Of a stretch of DNA of 64,000 nt, positions 8,923 through 18,225 are shown in pieces (position 1 is the first letter of the stretch; every line of letters begins with the position of its first letter). The DNA comes from Chitinivibrionales bacterium. GTDB lineage: Bacteria > Fibrobacterota > Chitinivibrionia > Chitinivibrionales > WJKA01. The notes under the pieces are model-generated. The model searched no databases, had not been told where the DNA came from, and worked only from the letters and a program-made list of their open reading frames with translations. The DNA lies in contig JBBRUX010000013.1 in the NCBI GenBank assembly GCA_038247415.1, positions 1 through 64,000 of the forward strand. Direction: 5' to 3'. Position numbers and translations under genes: made by a program.

Positions 8923-9915
8923 TTATTTTTTAGACAAAAGCTTTTCCCACCAAGCCCGATTATTACAATACCACTCAACCGTTGATGCAATCCCTTTCTC
9001 AAATGTCATGGCAGGCTCCCATCCAAGATCTTGTTTGATCTTAGAAGCATCGATAGCATAGCGTCTGTCGTGCCCTGCGCGATCTGCAACATAGTTAATA
9101 AGCGATTCTGGTTTGCCAAGTAATGATAGAATCTTTTTAACTATGGTAATATTGGGCATTTCGTTATTGCCGCCTATATTATAAACATCTCCAACCGTTC
9201 CTTTTTGCAGCACGGTATGGATTGCGTTACAATGATCTGTTACATATAGCCAATCACGAACGTACATTCCATCGCCGTATAGAGGAAGATCTTTATTCGA
9301 TAGAGCATTAAAAATGATTACAGGAATTAACTTTTCGGGAAACTGGTAAGGGCCATAATTATTTGAGCAGCGAGTTATCATTGCCGGAAAACCAAATGTA
9401 TGCACATATGCTCGCACAATAAGATCGGACCCTGCTTTAGAAGATGAATAGGGACTATTAGGAGCAAGCGGGGTAGTTTCACGAAAAAAATCGGTTGGGC
9501 CCAAAGATCCGTAGACCTCATCGGTTGACACATGAACAAACCGCTTGCCGTCAAATGATCCTTGCCATGCTTTTTTTGCTACATCAAGCAAAATCTGAGT
9601 ACCCAGCACATTTGTTGTTATAAAAATTTCCGGCCCAGTTATAGACCGATCTACGTGCGATTCGGCAGCAAAATGAACAACGCCATCAATCGCATATTCT
9701 GAAAAAATCTTTTCAACAAGAGGCCGGTCGATTATGGAACCCTTTACAAACACATATCTTGGATCATTATCAATTGCTGCTAAGTTTTCTATATTTCCTG
9801 CATAGGTTAATGCATCAAGATTTATAATCCGGGTTGTGTCGGCGCTTGCCAAACGGGTTAAAATATAATTTGATCCTATAAAACCAGCTCCCCCAGTGAC
9901 CAATAGATTCTTCAT
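8923..9915 (-). CDS. rfbB: dTDP-glucose 4,6-dehydratase
   Basis: LVTGGAGFIGSN, DALTYAGN, HFAAESHVDRSI, STDEVYG, YSSSKA, HDRRYAID. Confidence 0.97.
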   Translation of the reverse strand: MKNLLVTGGAGFIGSNYILTRLASADTTRIINLDALTYAGNIENLAAIDNDPRYVFVKGSIIDRPLVEKIFSEYAIDGVVHFAAESHVDRSITGPEIFITTNVLGTQILLDVAKKAWQGSFDGKRFVHVSTDEVYGSLGPTDFFRETTPLAPNSPYSSSKAGSDLIVRAYVHTFGFPAMITRCSNNYGPYQFPEKLIPVIIFNALSNKDLPLYGDGMYVRDWLYVTDHCNAIHTVLQKGTVGDVYNIGGNNEMPNITIVKKILSLLGKPESLINYVADRAGHDRRYAIDASKIKQDLGWEPAMTFEKGIASTVEWYCNNRAWWEKLLSKK

Positions 9916-10793
9916 TACTGTATCCTTTCAGCTTTTAAAAGTGTTTCTGCAACGTAGTCAGCAAATGCTGATTCCCATGGTCGCATAGTATTATGACCTA
10001 ATTTCTTGAGTTCTTGATTTTCGAGCACGCTATTCGCTGGGCGCGGTGCAGGTCTGATAAATTCCTGCGTAGTGCAGGGGCTCACGACTACCGGTATGTT
10101 ATACGCTTTTACAATAGCCTTTGCAAAATCATACCACGTACAGGCACCTTCGTTCGTGCAATGAAATAATCCTGAATCATTTTTATCGAGACACATAATA
10201 ATTTGTTTGCACACGTCAACAGTATAGGTTGGTGTACCATGCTGATCGTTTACAACCCGAAGCTCTGTCCGGTCTTGGGCCTTTTGGAGTGCAATGGTAC
10301 GGATGGTTTTTGCGAAATTATTTCCACGACTTCCGTAGAGCCACGCGATCCGGAAAATACTGTAGCTACAGCCCGATTGGATGAGCTCTTTTTCGCCAGC
10401 ATACTTAGATTCGCCATACACCGATTGTGGATTGGGTTGATCAATCTCAATGTAGGGTTCTTTTTTATTTCCATCAAAAATATAATCGGTACTAATATGC
10501 ACGATATGCACCGCTCGTGCTTGTGCTACTTTTCCTAAAACGCCTACACCTTGCGCATTAACTGCAAACGCTGCATCGCGTTCTGTTTCGCATTTATCAA
10601 CAGCTGTATATGCCGCGCAATTAATTACAATTTGGGGGGAATAGCGATCAAAAGCATCAACGACACTTTGCATAGAGACAATGTCTATGTCTGGAAAATC
10701 CATTCCCGATACTGTATATCGATCGGTGGGAAAATGGTGCATCATATCTGCACCAAGCTGGCCATTACAGCCAATAATCAAAACATCTCTCAT
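9915..10793 (-). CDS. rfbD: dTDP-4-dehydrorhamnose reductase
   Basis: GCNGQLG, NCAAYTAVDKCE, HISTDYIFDG, YGESK, DQHGTPT, PAPRPANSVL. Confidence 0.95.
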   Translation of the reverse strand: MRDVLIIGCNGQLGADMMHHFPTDRYTVSGMDFPDIDIVSMQSVVDAFDRYSPQIVINCAAYTAVDKCETERDAAFAVNAQGVGVLGKVAQARAVHIVHISTDYIFDGNKKEPYIEIDQPNPQSVYGESKYAGEKELIQSGCSYSIFRIAWLYGSRGNNFAKTIRTIALQKAQDRTELRVVNDQHGTPTYTVDVCKQIIMCLDKNDSGLFHCTNEGACTWYDFAKAIVKAYNIPVVVSPCTTQEFIRPAPRPANSVLENQELKKLGHNTMRPWESAFADYVAETLLKAERIQ

Positions 10794-12364
10794 GGTGTCT
10801 CCTCGGCTACCAGAAGGTTTTTGCATTGCTCCAGGTCTGCCTCAAATAATGAAAATCCATGCACAGTCACCTCAGTGCCCGGAAGTCGGACACTTTTAAG
10901 CGCCCAACTTTTACGACTATTAAATCGAGAAAAATTTGAAACGATATCGGGAACGGTCATATTAGTTTCTACTCCTGTTACCAGTTGTTTAGCAAACATT
11001 GTAGTAACTACAAGCCCTCCTGTTCGAACGCGATCAAAGAGAGCTTTCAGCAGAAGGACTTGACGATCTTCACAGTCTTTCCAACCGGAAATTAGTGGCC
11101 GTATAAAAATAGCTGCTTGTTCGCCATTAATTTTTTGTGGTCCCCGCTTTAATTTAAGATATGCTGCGGCTTTATCATCGACGTCAACAGTAACTCCCCC
11201 AATTGCGGTAATAATCCGAATCATCTGATTTTTTGTCAGTATAGAATAGCGCGGGACACGGGCATTCATGATACGCTCAACCATGGTGGACGCAAAAACT
11301 GGTCCGCCAGAGAGCAATGCCCCATCAAGTGTTTCGACGCCCTGCACAAAGCGATCGACCGTTGTTGCATGGGGAACATTGACAATATACGTTTTTCCTT
11401 GCTCAAATTGAACACTCACAAAATAAAACGTCATGGGTATGCCCACAAAAAGCATATTAAACGGCATGGTTCTTACCATGTAAGCAGTTTTTTCTTTGGT
11501 AAGTTGCGAAAACTTTTCGTTTGGGTTGACATCACGCGTTAAAGATCGAACCTGAATCGGTCGGCCGTCAGCAAAAACAATAGCACTTTGTCCCGCTATA
11601 ATATTGAGGGCATCTCCATTGGGTCTTTCGATAAGCAGCAAACCCTCTATATTATGAATCGTGACATCGGAATATCGAACGTCAACAAGAAAATCGCCGC
11701 CTCCACCGCCCACAGTAATGTTACCCTGCGGTGTAGCAATTTTGTACACTTCCCCTTTAGATGCATACGACAACTTATACCAGCAAATCCCCGATTTTTG
11801 ACTCAGCCTTCTCGCAATTTTATTTCCAAGAGGAGTTCCAAGATTATTTATTGTCAACTCAGATACTTCATCGATGTCGATCCGCGAAAAGGTATTAAGC
11901 GTAATTTCTGCTTGACCTTTAACTTCGGTTATTATTCGATCTCCATCAGATAATGCCATTCCCTCGGAAGCACTTTTTGTTCTGCCATCCGATGCAATAA
12001 CCGATAGATCTCCATAGTAAAACTCCAATCTCCCACTACCCGCATCTGGTTTAAGCGCAACTGGCTTTGCAAGCGTTCCAACATTAATTGATTGATCGGG
12101 TGTAATGGCAGATGCTAAAAAATAGCGCGTTAAATCGGAGGTCGAGCGCACGCCAGCCTTTCGTAGCACTTCAAAATTTGTTGATTCTTCTGGAACCCGA
12201 TACACCCCGGGATGTTCTACATTGCCCTCTACCGTAACCAGGCACGTATTCTTTTGCGAATTCTCGAAATGATCGGACAGATTGCGCACGATTCCATAGC
12301 CGATAGTACCGACCATAAGAGCATACACACAGTATCGGCCTATTGTATAAGGTGAACGAGCCAT
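10790..12364 (-). CDS. Membrane-anchored SLBB + FecR-like + LCP (LytR-CpsA-Psr)-like fusion
   Basis: N-terminal TM; VEGNVEHPGVY (SLBB); GDRIIT...QAEITL (FecR-like); AIGGVTVDV...NGEQAAIFIR...DRQ...VETNMT (LCP-like). Confidence 0.65.
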   Translation of the reverse strand: MARSPYTIGRYCVYALMVGTIGYGIVRNLSDHFENSQKNTCLVTVEGNVEHPGVYRVPEESTNFEVLRKAGVRSTSDLTRYFLASAITPDQSINVGTLAKPVALKPDAGSGRLEFYYGDLSVIASDGRTKSASEGMALSDGDRIITEVKGQAEITLNTFSRIDIDEVSELTINNLGTPLGNKIARRLSQKSGICWYKLSYASKGEVYKIATPQGNITVGGGGGDFLVDVRYSDVTIHNIEGLLLIERPNGDALNIIAGQSAIVFADGRPIQVRSLTRDVNPNEKFSQLTKEKTAYMVRTMPFNMLFVGIPMTFYFVSVQFEQGKTYIVNVPHATTVDRFVQGVETLDGALLSGGPVFASTMVERIMNARVPRYSILTKNQMIRIITAIGGVTVDVDDKAAAYLKLKRGPQKINGEQAAIFIRPLISGWKDCEDRQVLLLKALFDRVRTGGLVVTTMFAKQLVTGVETNMTVPDIVSNFSRFNSRKSWALKSVRLPGTEVTVHGFSLFEADLEQCKNLLVAEETP

Positions 12365-12368
12365 AGCG

Positions 12369-15300
12369 CTATTCTCCGTTTGCCAATGCATGTTTTTCGG
12401 CAACGATACGCCACATTGCATTGGTATACTTCCATAATTGCGTATACACAAGGCGAACCGTATCCGACGATGAAGGAAAAGATATATACACTTGACAGTT
12501 TACAACTGAATCATTTCGCTGCGCTGGTTGTACCGAATCGACCACGACGTTTGCTGATTTTTGCGACGAAAAAAGAATGCTATCCCGCATTTCGTAGGAC
12601 CATGCAGCGTAATCTCCTCGCGGATACGAAAAATCCGCGGTATCATACATCTGTAAAAATGAAGCTACATCTTGTGCTGCCCATGCTTGTTGCCACAGAT
12701 CGATACTATCTTTAATGCCCTGGGATATCTCCTCGTGTGCTGTTGGTTGGACTGTTGAATCGGGGGAAGCATACGTACCCAATGCTTGATTATTAGAGCT
12801 TACCGCTGGACCAACATACGCAATTTCAGCAGGGATCGTAACGGCATGCTTGGGAAGTACTGTTGGAATCACCACAAACACACCTGTCAATAATAACCCT
12901 AAAATCCAAAACATTGGCCTTCGCAAAAGCCCCTTGACAAACAAAGACACCACCCCTACATAGCGGGGCACCGCAAGCCGAAAATCGGAAAGATGCGTTC
13001 TAATCTGAGATTCAACAGCAAGCCCCCACTCACGCATTGTCGAACGCGAAGATGGGTCTTCTTCGTAATCGTAGGTATATTTATACGCATAATAGCGATA
13101 ATAACCATAATAATAAGGATAGTACCCACGGGAATGAGATATCCCATTAAGGATAGTACCAATAACATTAGAATTCAATTGCTTCAATTGTGCTTTCGCC
13201 TGTTGTGCTGCACGAATGGGAGTCCAGAGCGTTCGTGACACCATAAGAACAGCATCCATACGGGGAGCCATAGCTAGGGCGTCGGATACAGGGAGCAGCG
13301 CAGGTGAATCGAATATGACTAAATCAGCACGCTTTTTAAATTCTTCTATCAACTCATCAAAGCGTGGCGTTCCAAGGAGTTCGGTAGGATTTATCGGACG
13401 ATCCCCTGCTGTAACAACTTTTAAATTTTCTTGACGCGCTGGTTTTAATGCCGATGCGACATCGATTGTACCAAGCAGCAATTCGGCAAGTCCCCCTTCT
13501 TTGGGAATAGACAAAACAGAATGAAGCTGTGGCCTTCGTAAATCGCCATCTATGAGGATCACTTTTTTGCCATCTGCTGCAAAACTAATAGCTAGGTTAA
13601 TAGCAATAGTAGTTTTCCCTTCACCTTTAACGGGACTGCAAAAAATAAGCGTCTTGATTTTATGGATAACAAGTAGATGCTTAATTGACGCTCGCAAAGC
13701 TCTAAATGGTTCTAGTCGGGTTTTGCCTACCTCCGATTCAAAGTCGAGGACAACATTTTCCCCCTCAATCTGTGGAATCATTCCTAACAAGGGAACTTCT
13801 AGCAGCCGCTCCACATCCTTGGGATCTTTAATTGTTTGATCGAGGTACTCTAAGAGGAACGCTAAAGCAACGCCTAAAATAAGGCCCACAATAAAGCCAA
13901 CAAAGAGCTGAGTTGATTTTGCCGTCGTGATGGCACCTGTGGGTGTTGGTGCCAGTTCAAGAATTTTAAGATCACTTTCTTGCGAATCTCGCTTTATTTT
14001 TGCTTTTTCATATTGTGTTTGCAAGAGAGAGAGAGCTGCAATAAGTGATTCTGTTTCTCTTTGTAACGTGATATACTGTTGCTCGGTAGCGGGAAGTTTT
14101 ACTTTCTGATCATCGAGACCGATTTTGAGTTTTTCCTGTGCCGCAAGCTTCGCATCGAGTGTTGCTTTTTCTATGGTTAGGCTCACGATACTCTGAATGA
14201 GATTTTCCCGAATTGGATTTTTGGTAAGCGTTTTAGACCGGATGGTTTTAGAAACCTCAGAACTAAGAATCTCTCGCATTTTCTCGATTTGCTTTTTGAC
14301 CATTTGTACTTTAAAATGATCGGGGCCGTATTCTGCTAATAATGTATTAAGCTGAAATTCAAGATCGGCGAGCTGATTCTGATAGGGATTACTATAGGTA
14401 ACCGATTGGACAACACTGATATCCTGTTCGTTAATTTCTCGTTTGATAGAGACAAATCGCTGTTTATTATCGATCAGCGCAAGCTGAGATGATTGCACAG
14501 CCTGGTCTATCTCGTTATACCTGCCTTCAACTGCCGAAGCTCCTCTGGATAATTCAACAATATGATTATCTTCTTTAAAACGTCTAAAGGTATCTTCTCG
14601 ATCTTTAAGATCGGCCTTAACTTTTGCGATTTGGTCTTCGAATTTAACAATCATACGCGTAATATCTTGAGCATTCACTTCTTGAATATGAGCAAGATAC
14701 GATTGACACAAGGTATTTACAACATCGCGCGCAATCTCAGGACTGCCATGTTTATAATACACTTCTATAATGTTGTTGGTCTCGGTCCCGGTCGTCCCCC
14801 GCTCTATGGTAAGACCACCAGGAATTGCCTCAGGTGCAATTTTATTATCCAAACTTTCTGAAACGCGTCGTAGAACTTCATGGTTTGTTGCAAGCAAATC
14901 CAGATGCGTGCTTATTTTTTTCTCGGTTGAACCCCATATATCCCAAGGAATAGAGTTTTCGCCCATAAGCTCCTGATACCCAGGAGTAAACAGAAGCCTT
15001 GCATGTGCCTTATAATATTTTGCAGCTGTAAAATACCCATGCATCGAGATTGCTCCACCAATAAGCAAAGCAAGGATAATAAGAACTTTACGTCTTAAGA
15101 GTACACTTAAATAGCGATAGATATCGAATGCATCTTCATCCTGATCGGCTGCTAAAAACGTATCTCCCGATCCCGGCGGCACAGGAGTGCCTGTGCCCCG
15201 TACCATCTGCGCTTGTGCGACTTCAACCGATTCCTTGAGTGGGGGATCTTCAAAGGGCGGAATATCCGCTCTGCTGGATGACTTGGAATCTTGCACATGC

Positions 15301-15548
15301 TCGTTGTTATAGGAAGGTGGAGCTACAAAAGTTTCTGATGCAACAAAGTGCTCTGTTTTTTCAGAGCGTTCATACAAACGTCGCGCGATTGGCGAATGTG
15401 GCCTACTCGGGGGATTTTCTTGAATGGGGGCATCGATAGGGCTTGGCGCTAAAGACGATAGCTCTGTAGTAGGCGAGGAACTTTGAGCAGGTCCAAGCTT
15501 ACGAACAATATCGCCAAGGCGAAATTTCTTTTTAGGAGGCTCTTCCAT
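12369..15548 (-). CDS. Wzc-like polysaccharide co-polymerase/BY-kinase with C-terminal extension
   Basis: Wzz TM, coiled coil, second TM, GEGKTT, DGDLRRP, DSPALL, Tyr cluster YYPYYYGYYRYYAYKYTY; then an additional TM and an NTF2-like domain. Confidence 0.88.
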   Translation of the reverse strand: MEEPPKKKFRLGDIVRKLGPAQSSSPTTELSSLAPSPIDAPIQENPPSRPHSPIARRLYERSEKTEHFVASETFVAPPSYNNEHVQDSKSSSRADIPPFEDPPLKESVEVAQAQMVRGTGTPVPPGSGDTFLAADQDEDAFDIYRYLSVLLRRKVLIILALLIGGAISMHGYFTAAKYYKAHARLLFTPGYQELMGENSIPWDIWGSTEKKISTHLDLLATNHEVLRRVSESLDNKIAPEAIPGGLTIERGTTGTETNNIIEVYYKHGSPEIARDVVNTLCQSYLAHIQEVNAQDITRMIVKFEDQIAKVKADLKDREDTFRRFKEDNHIVELSRGASAVEGRYNEIDQAVQSSQLALIDNKQRFVSIKREINEQDISVVQSVTYSNPYQNQLADLEFQLNTLLAEYGPDHFKVQMVKKQIEKMREILSSEVSKTIRSKTLTKNPIRENLIQSIVSLTIEKATLDAKLAAQEKLKIGLDDQKVKLPATEQQYITLQRETESLIAALSLLQTQYEKAKIKRDSQESDLKILELAPTPTGAITTAKSTQLFVGFIVGLILGVALAFLLEYLDQTIKDPKDVERLLEVPLLGMIPQIEGENVVLDFESEVGKTRLEPFRALRASIKHLLVIHKIKTLIFCSPVKGEGKTTIAINLAISFAADGKKVILIDGDLRRPQLHSVLSIPKEGGLAELLLGTIDVASALKPARQENLKVVTAGDRPINPTELLGTPRFDELIEEFKKRADLVIFDSPALLPVSDALAMAPRMDAVLMVSRTLWTPIRAAQQAKAQLKQLNSNVIGTILNGISHSRGYYPYYYGYYRYYAYKYTYDYEEDPSSRSTMREWGLAVESQIRTHLSDFRLAVPRYVGVVSLFVKGLLRRPMFWILGLLLTGVFVVIPTVLPKHAVTIPAEIAYVGPAVSSNNQALGTYASPDSTVQPTAHEEISQGIKDSIDLWQQAWAAQDVASFLQMYDTADFSYPRGDYAAWSYEMRDSILFSSQKSANVVVDSVQPAQRNDSVVNCQVYISFPSSSDTVRLVYTQLWKYTNAMWRIVAEKHALANGE

Positions 15549-16399
15549 TATGCATTGGTCCGTAGATCATCTATGATAACTGCAACATCTTCATGCGATA
15601 GCTCGGAAAGATTTTGCGCAAATCCATAGTTAAGCGCTAATTTGCACAATCGATTGATCTCACGAGGAATACCCCCCGTTGCCCGAAAAATCGCTTCGAA
15701 TGCCGATGACGTAAATGGGCCAGCGTGAATACTTCCAGCGATACGCAATCGGTGTTGGATATATTTGCACGTATTATTAAAATCGAGATTATTAAGATGA
15801 AAACGCAAAAAGATACGCTGATCAACTTGACGTAAAATGCGAATATTTTCTCGGAGTTCTGGTTGACCAATAAGAAAAATAGTAAGGTAGGTTTGTGTCT
15901 CGGAAGAAATATTGGTAAGATTTTTTATCTCATCGAGAACCTTAGATTCAATTTGTTGTGCTTCATCAAATATTAGCACTAAATGACGTTTATCTTCGTA
16001 TACCAAGGTTTCTACTATCTTTTTAAACAGCGCCATAAGCATAAATGAATCGCCGCGGCGTGGTGCATCGAAGGAGGCGGATAAACCAATACGGGCATCT
16101 CTGAAGGTAATACGACGACAAATATCAAAAAGTAAATCGGAAAAAGAGAAATTAGAATTTTCGAAACTTATTACTTCAAAATCATGACGTGGTAAAGAAG
16201 AACACACCACATTTTTGGTAATAGTCTTTCCAGAACCAACTTCTCCGGTAAGTAAACCCATATTCATAGAGCGATCGTTCACCACATAGAGCATGCGATC
16301 GAGAGCTTCTCTATGATCATCGCTCTCAAAGAAAAAGCGCGTATCCCCAAGCTCTTCGAAGGGTTTATCGCGTAAATTCCAGTATTTGATATATCCCAT
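15548..16399 (-). CDS. ExeA/XrtA-associated AAA ATPase
   Basis: Y.KYWNLRDKPF, TGEVGSGKT, IFDEAQ, IGQPEL, YIQHRLRIAG, GIPREINRLC. Confidence 0.85.
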   Translation of the reverse strand: MGYIKYWNLRDKPFEELGDTRFFFESDDHREALDRMLYVVNDRSMNMGLLTGEVGSGKTITKNVVCSSLPRHDFEVISFENSNFSFSDLLFDICRRITFRDARIGLSASFDAPRRGDSFMLMALFKKIVETLVYEDKRHLVLIFDEAQQIESKVLDEIKNLTNISSETQTYLTIFLIGQPELRENIRILRQVDQRIFLRFHLNNLDFNNTCKYIQHRLRIAGSIHAGPFTSSAFEAIFRATGGIPREINRLCKLALNYGFAQNLSELSHEDVAVIIDDLRTNA

Positions 16400-16410
16400 A
16401 GGTACCTGCT

Positions 16411-17370
16411 TTATCGCGTGAGTGCAATAAGATTGTTGACAATAACAGAATAGCACTCCATGACTGCCGATGCTTTGCGCCCACTCACCAAAGGAACGCC
16501 GTCATTTCCAGATTCACGAACCTCATGGGACCAGGGAAGATACCCAATATACTGGGCCGAAATTCCAAGGTAGGTCGCAACGGTCTCGATGAAACGCTTG
16601 GTTCGATTTATATCATCCTGATGCCGTGCCATATTGACAACAACAAATGGCCTACGCTTTAAAAGCCAGCTTCGCGCACTATCCGCCGCTGCTGCATCTG
16701 TTCTGCGCAGTGCCACAATGCAATCGTTCATTGTTGCAAATTCTCCTGTAGAAAGTGGCGCTCCAAATTTACTGATAATAGCAACTGCTGCAGGCTGATG
16801 TATAAACAGTGCTTGTAATCCACACACAATGCCATTCTTTAGATAGCAATATGCATTTTCTAGCGATACCGTTTGCCCGTCGGTAACTACGATCGCATAC
16901 GGTGAAATACCGTAAAAATCGGCGACATGAGATCCGGTTCCAGCGCCAAGATCAACAAGTATGTAATCTGCAATCAAGTTCTGTATCGATGCAATAAGTT
17001 TCTGCTTGGTTAAGCTATCTGGAGTAGTAGCTGCCAAGACATCACTAGCACCACTAATAAGCCACATCCCAGGAATTTTGGTTGCAACTTGACACGAAGC
17101 AAGGTTTGTTTGAGTGCCAAGAATGAAATCTTGCAGTCCTATACGTGGTCTTTTCGCTCCTACAAACAAATGAAGATTGGCGCCTCCAAAATCGGCATCC
17201 ACAAGCCCTGCAGATCCAGTTTTTTTAGCAAGCATCGTAGCAATATTTGCTGCAAGGGTGCTTTTGCCAATGCCACCTTTTCCACCACCAACAGATAGTA
17301 TAACGGGTTGTTTCATGGATTGACTTATTGTGTGCTCTGGCACTGCTGCCAGAGTATTATCGGCTGCCAA
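16411..17370 (-). CDS. MinD/FlhG(FleN)-family ATPase
   Basis: Deviant Walker A GGGKGGIGKST, VDADFGGANLH, VDLGAG. Confidence 0.8.
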   Translation of the reverse strand: MAADNTLAAVPEHTISQSMKQPVILSVGGGKGGIGKSTLAANIATMLAKKTGSAGLVDADFGGANLHLFVGAKRPRIGLQDFILGTQTNLASCQVATKIPGMWLISGASDVLAATTPDSLTKQKLIASIQNLIADYILVDLGAGTGSHVADFYGISPYAIVVTDGQTVSLENAYCYLKNGIVCGLQALFIHQPAAVAIISKFGAPLSTGEFATMNDCIVALRRTDAAAADSARSWLLKRRPFVVVNMARHQDDINRTKRFIETVATYLGISAQYIGYLPWSHEVRESGNDGVPLVSGRKASAVMECYSVIVNNLIALTR

Positions 17371-18034
17371 GACTCATGATTGTCAAATACAAGCCCAGCG
17401 AAACACTGATAACACCCAAAACTGTTGAAATCATTGCCCACGGTATCGAAAACGAGGTTGGAACATACAACGTATCCCCAGGATACAGAACCCACCGTTT
17501 ATTATCTCGGCGACTTTCGGTTCCCCAAAAGCCAACCATCGGGATTTGAACTACATTACCATCGGCACGGATAATTTTAATTGACTTAACTTTTGTATTG
17601 GTCAAACCGCCTGCCAAAATAATTGCCTTCATGACATCGATAGGCTCGTAAATTTCGAATTCGCCAGTACGACCAACAGCACCTATTATATAAACACGAT
17701 TCGAATAATATGCCTCTATGGATACCGAAACAACAGGATTGTTGACGTAGGAAGCAAGCTTGCCCTGCATAATTTTGACAAGCTGCGCACAGGAAAGAGA
17801 TGCAACATCAAGCTCGCCAATAACCGGATAGTTGATACGACCATCAGGGCGTATCTTGTGCCTACCAGAAAATTCGGGATGCTCAACAACCGAAACAGAG
17901 ATTACGTCACCTGGCTTAAGTATGTATTCTTCGGCTTGTGAATAGGCACTTTTAGGCACAAAACAAAGCGCCCCAAGCACGAGAGCCCAGTTGATATAAC
18001 GTATCAGTAAAGTGCTCGCTAAAAAACGCTGCAA
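17357..18034 (-). CDS. Polysaccharide export protein (Poly_export + SLBB, OPX/Wza-like)
   Basis: YILKPGDVISVSV, IRPDGRINYPVIGEL, VYIIGAV, LYPGDTLYVP, hydrophobic C-terminal helix. Confidence 0.88.
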   Translation of the reverse strand: MQRFLASTLLIRYINWALVLGALCFVPKSAYSQAEEYILKPGDVISVSVVEHPEFSGRHKIRPDGRINYPVIGELDVASLSCAQLVKIMQGKLASYVNNPVVSVSIEAYYSNRVYIIGAVGRTGEFEIYEPIDVMKAIILAGGLTNTKVKSIKIIRADGNVVQIPMVGFWGTESRRDNKRWVLYPGDTLYVPTSFSIPWAMISTVLGVISVSLGLYLTIMSLGSR

Positions 18035-18225
18035 ACAGATGCTCCCTGGTGATACTCCTGCTACTTACAGCAGCGTGAGAATCGCATTAATAAATATTTA
18101 TTGTATACCACTATAATATAAATCAGTTAGACGCATTTCAAAGAAGTTTTGCTTCTTTTCTAATACTCCCGTTACAGCGTGTGAACATACTTCGCATTAA
18201 TCGTTTCTCATTTGCTAAAAATTCT

